Assembly (NCBI GenBank): GCA_023390655.1
Contig: JAEWCL010000026.1
Location: 60,763 to 124,762 of the forward strand
DNA length: 64,000 nucleotides
Direction: 5' to 3'
Origin: Bacillota bacterium
GTDB taxonomy: Bacteria > Bacillota > Clostridia > Christensenellales > CAG-138
Positions 27,901-36,853 of the stretch are shown here, piece after piece. The notes beneath the pieces are model-generated. The model saw only the letters and a program-made list of their open reading frames with translations, ran no database searches and had not been told where the DNA came from. Positions within the stretch are counted from its first letter, which is position 1, and every line of letters starts with the position of its first letter. The position numbers and the translations under genes were made by a program.

Positions 27901-29157
27901 TTGCATATCAAAGAACATCTTTCGGTCTACAAAGGCCTTCCCAGGGACATGTACGCCCTGTTTGTTTCCTGCATCGTCAGCCGGATCGGCAGCTTTATCG
28001 TGCCGTTGATGACGCTGATCCTCGTACAGAAGATCGGCCTTTCCAAATCCGACGCAGGGATGTTTTCCACCATCGCGCTCTTAACCCAGGCGCCGTTCGT
28101 CATTTTGGGGGGCAGGCTTGCGGATAAGATCGGCGGCAAGAAGACAATTGTCATATTCAACACGCTTGGAGCCCTCGTTTACTTTGTCTGCGGGTTCCTC
28201 AAGGCAAATATGACGATGGCGGTTTTGCTGGTGGTGGCGTCCAATCTTTATGCCCTTGCCCATCCGGCATTCAATTGCGTGGTGACAAGCGTCACCCCGC
28301 AACACCAGCTCAAAAGCGCGTTCTCCCTGACGTATCTTGGCGTCAATCTCGGCTTTGCCGTGGGCCCCCTCATCAGCGGGCTGCTGTTTTATAAAAACCT
28401 CAACCTACTGTTTTTCCTGGATGGGTTTACGACGCTTGCTTCCACCGCGCTGATCCTGTTTTTTGTGCGCTCTTCGGGTATTCAAGAGGTGCGCTGTACG
28501 GACGGTGCGGCGTTCGATAGGAAACCCATCGGGAATTCCGTAATTTCCTTCCTGCTGCAAAATCCCGTGCTGCTCCTGTTTGCGTTGGGGTTTTTAGTGT
28601 ACAATTTCTGCTACGTCCAGTGGAATTTTCTGTTGCCGCTGCAGATGGTGGAGCTGTTTTCCCAAAATGGCGCAAAGCTTTTCAGTACACTCGTGAGCAT
28701 CAATGCCGTTACCTGCATTGTACTGACACCGTCCCTTACCAGCATGACGCAGAAGCTGCATCCGCTCAAAACCGTTTATATGGGAGGCTTCTTCTACTTT
28801 GCCTCCTTCCTTGCTTTTGGCGTCGCCCAAGGCTTCCTCCACTTTCTCCTTTCCATGGTGCTGATGACAGTCGGGGAAATCCTTATTTCCATCAACACCA
28901 GCAGCTATGTCGCCAACCGGACGCCGCAGCTCTTTATCGGCAGGGTAAATTCCATCATGTTTATGGTCAATGGTTTTGGAACCGCCATAGGCCCCGGCGT
29001 TATGGGAAAAGCGCTTACCCTTGTGGGCTTCCCGCATGTCTGGTTCATCGTTGCGGTTGTGATGCTCCTTGGGGCCGTAGGCATGACGTTTTTGAAGCGC
29101 TTTGACCGGGAGTATCCTATCGCAAACGCACAGCCGCTTCCAATTGAAGAAAAATAG
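27901..29157 (+). CDS. MFS transporter
   Basis: 418 aa with about 12 TM helices and an MFS loop motif GGRLADKIGGKK. The track start is TTG at 27901; an ATG alternative lies at 27949. Confidence 0.75.
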   Translation: MHIKEHLSVYKGLPRDMYALFVSCIVSRIGSFIVPLMTLILVQKIGLSKSDAGMFSTIALLTQAPFVILGGRLADKIGGKKTIVIFNTLGALVYFVCGFLKANMTMAVLLVVASNLYALAHPAFNCVVTSVTPQHQLKSAFSLTYLGVNLGFAVGPLISGLLFYKNLNLLFFLDGFTTLASTALILFFVRSSGIQEVRCTDGAAFDRKPIGNSVISFLLQNPVLLLFALGFLVYNFCYVQWNFLLPLQMVELFSQNGAKLFSTLVSINAVTCIVLTPSLTSMTQKLHPLKTVYMGGFFYFASFLAFGVAQGFLHFLLSMVLMTVGEILISINTSSYVANRTPQLFIGRVNSIMFMVNGFGTAIGPGVMGKALTLVGFPHVWFIVAVVMLLGAVGMTFLKRFDREYPIANAQPLPIEEK

Positions 29158-29164
29158 GCAATAC

Positions 29165-29200
29165 AAAAAACCAGCAGGCGATATGCCTGCTGGTTTTTTC
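29165..29200. terminator. bidirectional intrinsic terminator shared by the MFS gene and the SSB-like gene
   Basis: AAAAAACCAGCAGGCGATATGCCTGCTGGTTTTTT, with A-run and T-run flanks. Confidence 0.8.
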
Positions 29201-29215
29201 ATACCCCCTATCCCT

Positions 29216-29845
29216 TTAAGGTTCCTCCCGTTCGCACTCCACCGTCGCCGCACTGACTTCATAGGTGATCCGCGTGATCATGGCGCCGTCGGGCATGGCT
29301 TTCTGATAGGCGCGGCTCTGTACGCGCCCGGTCACACAAAGCCTATCGCCCACACCGAGCGCGCTCACATACCGCGCGTTTCTCCCCCATGCGATCACGG
29401 GCAGGTAGTCGGATTTGTGGTATGGGCGGTTGACGGCAAGAAGAATATCCGCAATCTCCCGCGAAAACGGCGTGGTCCGGTAAACAGGGGGCTTACAGAT
29501 ATACCCCGTCAGCGCAATTTCATTGATAAACGGCGCATCCTCCGGCTTTTCCAATACACTTCTTGCAAATACGGTCAGCACAAGGCGATTGTTCCCCTCA
29601 CACTGCATATTGTAGGAGCGAAGCTGCCCGGTAATTTCAAGCATTTGCCCGGCTTCGGGCAACACGGGCAGCAGGCGCTCTCCTGCGGTGACGGGCAGAA
29701 CATCCTCCGCCCCGGACAAGCGCGGCACCGCCAGCGGGAACGTATAAAACGCCTCCCCGTACAGGCAATGGCTGAAGCTTGGATCCTGCTGCACAAAGCC
29801 AGAAATGACAACGCGGTTGTTCTCCCGGTTCGCCTCCATATGCAT
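29216..29845 (-). CDS. tandem OB-fold SSB-like protein lacking an acidic tail
   Basis: 209 aa. The second half matches the SSB pattern (NEIALTGYICKPPVYRTTP...LAVNRPYHKSDYLPVIAWGRNARYVSALGVGDRLCVTGRVQSRAYQK). The first half is a divergent OB-like repeat (NRVVISGFVQQDPSFSH...EITGQLRSYN). Confidence 0.55.
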   Translation of the reverse strand: MHMEANRENNRVVISGFVQQDPSFSHCLYGEAFYTFPLAVPRLSGAEDVLPVTAGERLLPVLPEAGQMLEITGQLRSYNMQCEGNNRLVLTVFARSVLEKPEDAPFINEIALTGYICKPPVYRTTPFSREIADILLAVNRPYHKSDYLPVIAWGRNARYVSALGVGDRLCVTGRVQSRAYQKAMPDGAMITRITYEVSAATVECEREEP

Positions 29846-30197
29846 AACCCCTTACGCCTTTTCAATATTCGCCCCCACGCCGGAATGTCGCAGTACGGCT
29901 GGGAGGCGGTCTTTTAGCTGTTTTTTCGTTCCCGATAATCCGCCGGTTCGTTCTGAAAATTTTTCTGCGGACACGCCGCCGGATACTGCAGCTTGCGGTA
30001 TAACGCGCTTGTACGGCGCTGTCCATACCCTGTACAGTCTGGCACACAGTGCTTATGAAACTATTTTTTTTATGTGTATTCAGGTACATGGCCGGGTATG
30101 CGGAACATGTTTTTCAAGAAATCCACACAAACTAGTCTTGTTCTTTGCCAATGAAGAAAAATGGGCTGGAATGACTATCCCTTGGAGGTACGATTGC

Positions 30198-31262
30198 ATG
30201 AAAACGGAACAAGACCGGCGCAAACGCCGCCGTATTCTTTTTTTTATCAGCGCCGTAGTGCTGCTGCTTGCAAGCGCGGGCGCAGTGGAACAATTGCGGG
30301 CATCCATCCGTGACCCGATATCCGCGTTTCAGACGCCTGCGCCGCGCAGCACAAAAGCGCCTCTTTCCCAGGCGGCGGCGCCCGGCACCACGACGCTGCC
30401 CGCAACCATCGGGGAGGTTGGCCTGACCTCTTTGGAGGCGGCAAGCCCTTCCCGCCTGCTGGGAGCGGACACAATCAACATCGTGCTCATGGGCATTGAC
30501 AGCAACGAAGAGCGCGAAGAAAAAGGGCGCGGATATCGGAGCGATACCATCGCCATACTCGTCATCGACGTGGACGAGCCCTCTTGTACGATCCTGAGCA
30601 TCCCGCGCGATACCCGTGTAAAGGTGCGGCGGCTCAACGACGCGGGCAAGGTAAAAAGCACGCAGTACAACAAGATCAACTCCGCGTTCAACTTTGGCGG
30701 AGGGCCGGAAAGCCATGGCCATGAAAATCTGATCTATTCCCTGGAAAAGCTGCTGTTTGATGGGCTCGAGGGAGATTTCCACCTGACGTATTATGCGAGC
30801 ATCGATATGGACGGCATTGCAAGGTTTGCGGATGCGGTGGACGGCGTGCCCATCAAGCTTCCCTATGATATGCCGGGCTTTGGGGACAAGGGCGATACCG
30901 TCGTCTTAAAAGGCGACCAGGCGCAGAGCTTTGTCCGCATGCGCCACGGCATCACCGGCGGCAGCGATCTTGCGCGTGTCAAACGCCAGCAGTCGTTTAT
31001 CCGTGCATTTGCCTCACGCGTCAAATCCATGGGCGCTGTGGAGGCCGTGCCCAGGCTCTGGACATCGCTCAACCAATATGTGCATACCAATATCGGCATC
31101 GGGCAGATGCTGGTGCTCGGCGATCTCTTAAGCCAGCTCGATCTGAATGAGATCAAATTTATCACGCTTCCCGGGCGCTGCAAAACGATCGACAAGCGCA
31201 GCTACTTTGTGCCAAATACAGAAAAAGTGCGCGATCTCGCGCTTTCCCTGTGGGGGGAGTGA
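30198..31262 (+). CDS. LytR-CpsA-Psr (LCP) family cell-wall glycopolymer transferase
   Basis: The start at ATG 30198 follows GGAGG. It has an N-terminal TM and the LCP core INIVLMGIDSNEE...RSDTIAILVIDVDEPSCTILSIPRDT. Confidence 0.8.
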   Translation: MKTEQDRRKRRRILFFISAVVLLLASAGAVEQLRASIRDPISAFQTPAPRSTKAPLSQAAAPGTTTLPATIGEVGLTSLEAASPSRLLGADTINIVLMGIDSNEEREEKGRGYRSDTIAILVIDVDEPSCTILSIPRDTRVKVRRLNDAGKVKSTQYNKINSAFNFGGGPESHGHENLIYSLEKLLFDGLEGDFHLTYYASIDMDGIARFADAVDGVPIKLPYDMPGFGDKGDTVVLKGDQAQSFVRMRHGITGGSDLARVKRQQSFIRAFASRVKSMGAVEAVPRLWTSLNQYVHTNIGIGQMLVLGDLLSQLDLNEIKFITLPGRCKTIDKRSYFVPNTEKVRDLALSLWGE

Positions 31263-31325
31263 GTATCAAAAAAGTAGCCCTTGCTATGCAGGGCCGCCAC
31301 CGCGCCTGACGGCGAATGCATAGCA

Positions 31326-31360
31326 AAACGGTATGGCGTCTGCCATACCGTTTTGTTTTG
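31326..31360. terminator. bidirectional intrinsic terminator
   Basis: AAAACGGTATGGCGTCTGCCATACCGTTTTGTTTT, located between convergent genes. Confidence 0.75.
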
Positions 31361-31366
31361 AGTCTG

Positions 31367-31936
31367 TTATAAGCGGAACTGGCGCATCAATCCGTTCGCC
31401 ATTTCATCCGCCATGGTGTTGGATAGCTCCAACAGCCCTTCAAAACGCGCAATTCCCTCGGCATTGTTTCCCGAATGCACAAATACCGCTTCCTCCTCCG
31501 TCATCTCCAGCTGTTCTTCGAGCAGCGCCTGCCACAGCGCGCCGGTCCAGCTTTCGTTGATGCTTTGCAGGAAAATGGAAAGCTGCTCGGCATTCTGGTA
31601 CCCTTCCTTGCGGATACCCGCGAGGGTTTGCGCATCCTCCTTGCAGACGGCTTCCATCAATCTGGAAGCACACTCGGTCTGCTTTTTCATCAGTTCGCGC
31701 AGCTGTCCCGCCGGGCGTTCCCCATAGAGTGCGGAAAACAGCAAAAAGAAGTCCTCCGGATTCCGATAAAGCCGCCGCGTTACAGCTTCCCTGTCCGGCA
31801 AAGAAAACGCAATGCTAAAAAGCAATGCGCGCATCCAAAGCACATGGTCCAGCCAATACCGGCGGACGGTGTGCAAAAGCTTAATCTGGCTGGGGGTAAT
31901 CCCATCCAGCGGGGTCGTCTTTGATTTCCAGCTCAT
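31367..31936 (-). CDS. conserved helical hypothetical protein
   Basis: 189-aa all-helical ORF. The pattern W..HV.W.R....SIA..LPD.....RL.RNP.DF recalls a Firmicute family I remember as often mis-annotated. No function is assigned. Confidence 0.4.
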   Translation of the reverse strand: MSWKSKTTPLDGITPSQIKLLHTVRRYWLDHVLWMRALLFSIAFSLPDREAVTRRLYRNPEDFFLLFSALYGERPAGQLRELMKKQTECASRLMEAVCKEDAQTLAGIRKEGYQNAEQLSIFLQSINESWTGALWQALLEEQLEMTEEEAVFVHSGNNAEGIARFEGLLELSNTMADEMANGLMRQFRL

Positions 31937-32000
31937 GATGTTATCCTCCGCGGTTACTCCATACTATGCGTAAAGAGCAGCCCTTGCGCGAAGGAACCGA

Positions 32001-33284
32001 TTATTCAAAAGACACGCGCTTCATATATTTTCGCAATGCATATTCCCCATCGTGCGCAGCGCCGCAATAGGCATCGGACATCCGCCCGGCGCGCGTAACG
32101 CGGGTAATGCCCGCACGCGCGAGCAGGTTTGATAATTCCTCCCGTTCATCCTCCGCACACAACAACCCCGCCGTCTGCAAATATCCCCTATGCGGAAACA
32201 GCGTTTCCAGAAGCCGTTCGCGCGGCAGCCGCCTGACCCAGCAGTTGCGAAACTGCATGGACGCCGTCAGCGCATCATCCGTACAATACTGCACGCTTCC
32301 GCCTGTTCCTTCATACAGCCAGCCGCCTTCAAACGTGGTCAACAGCGCCTGGGTGCGTAATTTAAGCGTCAGATGCGCCTGCATCGCCGGATCGATCACG
32401 CGCGGCTCTTGCTTTGCGGCCTGTTCCAGCGCTAAAACAAAGCGCTTCGCGAATTCCTGCGCCTCGCCTTCATCCCCCGTATCCAGAAAAATCCCCTGGC
32501 AGGAGCTGCACAGCAGCTGGTTGGTTCTGCAGATATGCAGCGCCAGCGCATGCAGTTCTTCTTCCGTGCAGTCTTTTGTCACATATGCAAAGCTCAGCTT
32601 GTGCCCCCATTCGATCAGGCGCTTGTTCGGCTTTGCAAGTTTCCGGACTGCGGCTACCGCCGCATCCGATCCCCAGACGACGATCGCATCCGCAATTTCC
32701 GCCATCTCTACAATCAACGCCGTCTCCTCAGACGGATAATCAAACACATACATATACGCCGCAAGTTCGGGCGCAAGGCGGATTAACTCCCGCAGCAGCA
32801 AAACGGATAGGCCGTCCTCTCCCGCGGGCAGTTTTAAGAGATTGATATTCCCCGTGAGCAACCCTTCGATTACCGTAAACGCAGGCAGCGCCTCCATATT
32901 GCCTGCGGCGATATGGAGCAGCACGCCAAGCGGCTTCCAGCCTTCGCGCACCGCTTCCGTCCGGTTCTGCGGCAGATACGTCTCCGGTTCAAGGCAGGCA
33001 GGCCCAAGCTCGCGCTCCAGGCGCCGCTTCAAATATGCGGGATTTAGCATGGCCCTCGCTTCCGCGATCTGCCGCCAGGCCGCCTGCTCGGAAAGCCCCG
33101 CCTGCAGCAGCATGGAAAGATATTGTGCGGGATCCATCGTTTCCCTGAGCCTGGCGCACGCTGTGATGACCAGTTCTGTAAGCGGCTGCGCATGCTTTAA
33201 TGTCTCTGTAACCGTCGCACGTAGCGCTTTGAGCGCTACAAGGCTTTGTTCCCGGTCAACGATTTCCCCAAACAGCAGATTCAT
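32001..33284 (-). CDS. LuxC-like acyl-CoA/acyl-protein reductase (aldehyde-forming)
   Basis: The start at ATG 33284 (MNLLFGEIVD) lies 1 nt after the upstream stop and is preceded by GGGGG. The LuxC-like core is LLHIAAGNMEALPAFTVIEGLLTGNINLLKLP. Cys-containing segment NQLLCSSCQGIFL. Confidence 0.65.
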   Translation of the reverse strand: MNLLFGEIVDREQSLVALKALRATVTETLKHAQPLTELVITACARLRETMDPAQYLSMLLQAGLSEQAAWRQIAEARAMLNPAYLKRRLERELGPACLEPETYLPQNRTEAVREGWKPLGVLLHIAAGNMEALPAFTVIEGLLTGNINLLKLPAGEDGLSVLLLRELIRLAPELAAYMYVFDYPSEETALIVEMAEIADAIVVWGSDAAVAAVRKLAKPNKRLIEWGHKLSFAYVTKDCTEEELHALALHICRTNQLLCSSCQGIFLDTGDEGEAQEFAKRFVLALEQAAKQEPRVIDPAMQAHLTLKLRTQALLTTFEGGWLYEGTGGSVQYCTDDALTASMQFRNCWVRRLPRERLLETLFPHRGYLQTAGLLCAEDEREELSNLLARAGITRVTRAGRMSDAYCGAAHDGEYALRKYMKRVSFE

Positions 33285-33285
33285 A

Positions 33286-34398
33286 TTAGCCCCCGATCGC
33301 CTGCGCAGCGCCCGCCGCGCAGGTCTGGATGCCCCCGGCGTTTGCCCTGCCAAGAAGTTCGAAGTATGGCGCGGTGACGCCGCAGCCGCAGCGCTTTCCT
33401 TCACGCAATACGGCAATATCGTCCGTCATGACGCTCACAAACGGCACGCTTTGCATGATGGGCGTGATAAAACTCAATAATCCGGGTTCGTCATAGCCGA
33501 GGGGTTGAAGCGTCTTGATGTCCCGGATGATGACACGGCTATAGACCGGCACATGGAAATGATGCCGCGCACAGTCACAATAGGCCACCGGATGCTCCGC
33601 GGCGCTGAAAAACTCCTTGCAGGCCGCTTCTTTTATGCCCAGCGTGTCACCGATGCGCGCATACAGCTCTTCTTTTTCCACCCGCTTTCCGGCATGCTGC
33701 TTGAACCCGCCGCCCAGCAGCACGCGGGAATGCCTGTTGAGCCGCAAGCGCATGCCGTTTTCCTTGAGGGATTGCGTCAGCAGCAGCATAAAGTAGGGAA
33801 ACCCCACAAAGCGCACCGGCAGCCCTTGCTTTTCATAGCGCCGCAGCGCGCGGGAAATTCCCTCCAGATTGGGCACGTAGGTTTCTCCCGTATAGTTGAG
33901 CGCATATTCCCGGTGCACGGGCGGCGCAAAATACGTTGCGCCATACGCCGTCTTCACAGCGCCCGTCTCGATCGCAGGCGACGGCTGATAGTTGAGCACG
34001 ATATAATTGGTAGGAAGCGGAGACAGAAGACGGTGGTACGAAAAAACAGAAAGCATCATCCTGAGCCCGTAAGAAAAGCTCATATAATCAATGCCCATGC
34101 GGCTTTTCATGCCCGAAGTGCCGGAGGAGGTGGCGCGTATCAAAAAACGCTTTTCCTCCATGGAGAACAGCGGGCGCGCTTTTAAAAACAGTGTGGGCAG
34201 CACCGGAATGCGAAACAGGTCCTCAACCGTTTGCAGCATCTCCACAGCAAACGCCTCCCGTTCGAGGATGGCGCGGTATTCCGGGCAATTTTCAGAATGA
34301 AAGCGGATGTTCTCCCGAACGGCCTCCACAAACAGAGGATCGGTTCCCGGAACATCATAGGGATTGCGCGTATGAAACAGTTTCCGTGTGCAATGCAT
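33286..34398 (-). CDS. LuxE-like acyl-protein synthetase (adenylate-forming)
   Basis: 370 aa with an adenylation-type motif (TSSGTSGMKS) and overall LuxE/PaaK/F390-synthetase-like layout. It is translationally linked to the LuxC-like gene. Confidence 0.65.
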   Translation of the reverse strand: MHCTRKLFHTRNPYDVPGTDPLFVEAVRENIRFHSENCPEYRAILEREAFAVEMLQTVEDLFRIPVLPTLFLKARPLFSMEEKRFLIRATSSGTSGMKSRMGIDYMSFSYGLRMMLSVFSYHRLLSPLPTNYIVLNYQPSPAIETGAVKTAYGATYFAPPVHREYALNYTGETYVPNLEGISRALRRYEKQGLPVRFVGFPYFMLLLTQSLKENGMRLRLNRHSRVLLGGGFKQHAGKRVEKEELYARIGDTLGIKEAACKEFFSAAEHPVAYCDCARHHFHVPVYSRVIIRDIKTLQPLGYDEPGLLSFITPIMQSVPFVSVMTDDIAVLREGKRCGCGVTAPYFELLGRANAGGIQTCAAGAAQAIGG

Positions 34399-34440
34399 GG
34401 TTGCTCCCCCAATCGATGAATTGCCGCGGCACTTTTTATT

Positions 34441-35217
34441 TTATGAACTGTGTAGCGCTTGCAGCAGCTCCGCAAGCGTTTTTGCGGGCAGCTGCCCGGG
34501 CGCTGAAGCCGCGCCAACCGTACCGAACGTCATCGCCGTGCCGGACACCATTCCTGCGATGCGGCTGATTGCGCCAAGCGCGCCCATGGAAATGGAGATC
34601 ACAGGCGTACCGGCATGATTTTGTGTAAACTCTTCGGAGGCGGACAACAGCGCAATCACGTCGCGCGGGGTATTGGGCATCACGGCAATCTTTACAATAT
34701 CCGCGCCTGCCTGCTGCATGGCGCGCAAACGGTGCAGCAGTTCCTCCTGCGGCGGCGTATGGGTAAACGTGTGGCTGGAAACAACCACCTTCACATTGGA
34801 CGCCCGGAGTTCCCGGATGTGGTGGACGAGCGTATCTCCACCCCTGCCAAATTCCACATCGATCAAACCGGCAAGTCCGCTTTTTGCCGCAGCAAGGTTG
34901 CTGTTCCGGTATGCTTCCATTTGCCCTTCGAACTGCCCGCCCTCGCTTTTTGTGCGGATGGTGAACAGCAGCGGCAGGTTGCCGATTGCCGTGCGCAATG
35001 CGTACAATGCATGCAGCAGGTGCGTCTCTTCCGCAAGCCCTTCAAACCAATCCGCGCGCCATTCCACAGCATCGGCCGGCGAATCTTTGATCAAAGCCGC
35101 CTGTTCGAGCAGCGCGGATTCCGTATGCCCTACAATGGGAACGATGATTTTGGGAATTCCCTCGCCGATTACAACATCATGGACGCGGACACACGTTTTC
35201 ATCAATGTTATCCTCAT
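34441..35217 (-). CDS. aroD: type I 3-dehydroquinate dehydratase
   Basis: 258 aa with IIVPIVG...VEWRADWF and the catalytic Lys region DIVKIAVMP. Confidence 0.85.
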   Translation of the reverse strand: MRITLMKTCVRVHDVVIGEGIPKIIVPIVGHTESALLEQAALIKDSPADAVEWRADWFEGLAEETHLLHALYALRTAIGNLPLLFTIRTKSEGGQFEGQMEAYRNSNLAAAKSGLAGLIDVEFGRGGDTLVHHIRELRASNVKVVVSSHTFTHTPPQEELLHRLRAMQQAGADIVKIAVMPNTPRDVIALLSASEEFTQNHAGTPVISISMGALGAISRIAGMVSGTAMTFGTVGAASAPGQLPAKTLAELLQALHSS

Positions 35218-35346
35218 TAGAAGTCTATTTTGCTGCGCGCATCATACCACGCTTTTGGCGGTTTGTAAACCTTCACGGCTTCAGCAACACATGCACTTAC
35301 AGAATTATGAATCCACCTTTTATGAGATGTTGCCAAAAAAATTACA

Positions 35347-35375
35347 ATGACGAAAAATCGCGAATCGGCTATGAT
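35347..35375 (+). promoter_or_regulatory. weak candidate promoter for the EPS locus (ATGACG-17-TATGAT)
   Basis: ATGACG at 35347-35352, a 17-nt spacer, then TATGAT at 35370-35375. It sits in an AT-rich 260-nt gap and would leave a ~100-nt 5' UTR. Confidence 0.25.
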
Positions 35376-35476
35376 GTTCATATGGAATTATTCGATATAT
35401 ATTGCATACCACTCTAGCATACCAAGCCGCAATTGCTGATGGATTGTGGTTTTCCTATGTCTATGGAGGAGTGTTT

Positions 35477-36799
35477 ATGAAGGAATTGCTTTCACAATTA
35501 ATCCGAGGGAAAGAGAAACTGGCCGTTATCGGGCTTGGGTATGTCGGCCTGCCTTTGGCAAACGCATTTTCAAAAAAACTTTCTGTCATCGGCTTTGATA
35601 CCAACATGCAAAAAATCACAAAATATCTTGCGGGGATTGATCCCACCCGTGAGCTTGGCAATGATGCGGTCAAATCCTCCCCAATCCGGTTCACATCGGA
35701 CGAGGCGGATTTGAGGGCGGCAAAATTTTTTACCGTCGCCGTGCCTACGCCGGTCAATCCTGATAAGACGCCGGACCTTTGCCCTGTTATTCGCGCAAGC
35801 GAACTGGTTGGGCGCGCGCTCCGGCGCGGCTCTGTGGTGGTGTATGAGTCCACCGTATTTCCGGGCGTGACGGAAGACGTCTGCATTCCCATTCTGGAGC
35901 GCGAAAGCGGTATGAAATGCGGGCCGGATTTCAAGGTCGGCTACTCGCCGGAGCGCATGAATCCGGGGGACAAGCTGCACCGCCTGGAAAACACGCGGCG
36001 TATCGTTGCGGGCATCGACTCCGAGGCGCTGCAGATCATCGCAAGCGTATATGAGCTCATCATCGAGGCTGGCGTACATTTGGCGCCGTCCATCAAGGTT
36101 GCGGAAGCCGCAAAGGTAGCGGAAAACAGCCAGCGGGATATCAACATTGCGTTTATGAACGAGCTTGCCATGGCACTTGACCTGATGGGGGTGGATACTA
36201 TGGATGTGCTCGAAGCGATGAACACCAAGTGGAACGCGCTCGGCTTCTCCCCCGGACTTGTGGGCGGGCACTGCATCGGCGTGGATCCGTATTATTTTGT
36301 ATATGAGGCGGAACGCCTTGGCTACCATAGCCAGATCATCCTTTCCGGCCGCAAGGTCAATGATGGGATGGGGGAATTCCTGGCGGATACCGTCATTAAA
36401 AAGCTGGTACTTGCCAACAAGCAGGTCCGGCAGGCAAAAGTGGCTGTGCTGGGCGTTACCTTTAAGGAGAACTGCCCGGATGCGCGCAATTCCCGCGTTA
36501 TCGATATGATCGAGCACCTCAACGAATATGGGATCACGCCCGTTGTCAGCGACCCGATGGCGGACCCTGAGGAGATGCAGCGTGTTTACGGCGTTGCGCT
36601 TGCCCCTATGGAAGAGATACGCGATATGGATTGTGTCGTTATTGCCGTAGCCCATGAGCAGTACAGACGCATGGCCACGGCGCAGGTGGAGGCGTTGTTT
36701 GGCGCATGTCCGCATAATGAATGCATCCTGATCGACGTAAAGAGCATCCTTGACAAGCAGGCCTTTGAAGCGAAGGGCTACAGCTATTGGAGGCTGTAA
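35477..36799 (+). CDS. TviB/WbpO/CapL-type UDP-N-acetylhexosamine 6-dehydrogenase
   Basis: The start at ATG 35477 follows GGAGGA. The product is 440 aa with VIGLGYVGLPLA, VVYESTVFPG, GYSPERMNPGD, KVAEAAKVAENSQRDINIA, the catalytic-Cys segment GLVGGHCIGVDPYY, and FKENCPDARNSR. Confidence 0.8.
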   Translation: MKELLSQLIRGKEKLAVIGLGYVGLPLANAFSKKLSVIGFDTNMQKITKYLAGIDPTRELGNDAVKSSPIRFTSDEADLRAAKFFTVAVPTPVNPDKTPDLCPVIRASELVGRALRRGSVVVYESTVFPGVTEDVCIPILERESGMKCGPDFKVGYSPERMNPGDKLHRLENTRRIVAGIDSEALQIIASVYELIIEAGVHLAPSIKVAEAAKVAENSQRDINIAFMNELAMALDLMGVDTMDVLEAMNTKWNALGFSPGLVGGHCIGVDPYYFVYEAERLGYHSQIILSGRKVNDGMGEFLADTVIKKLVLANKQVRQAKVAVLGVTFKENCPDARNSRVIDMIEHLNEYGITPVVSDPMADPEEMQRVYGVALAPMEEIRDMDCVVIAVAHEQYRRMATAQVEALFGACPHNECILIDVKSILDKQAFEAKGYSYWRL

Positions 36800-36853
36800 C
36801 CTGCGAATCTGCCTTACTACTGGATACAAACAAACGAAACGGGGTGACCCGCA

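Noticed and set aside
35221-35476. A c-di-GMP riboswitch or other known leader upstream of the EPS locus
   Set aside because: I read the 260-nt AT-rich gap on the plus strand and recognised no conserved GEMM-I/II or other riboswitch core. Only weak promoter-like hexamers are present.
35570-36829. 419-aa minus-strand ORF inside the EPS locus
   Set aside because: It is antisense to the TviB-like dehydrogenase, whose identity is strong. The translation is Arg/His-rich and featureless.
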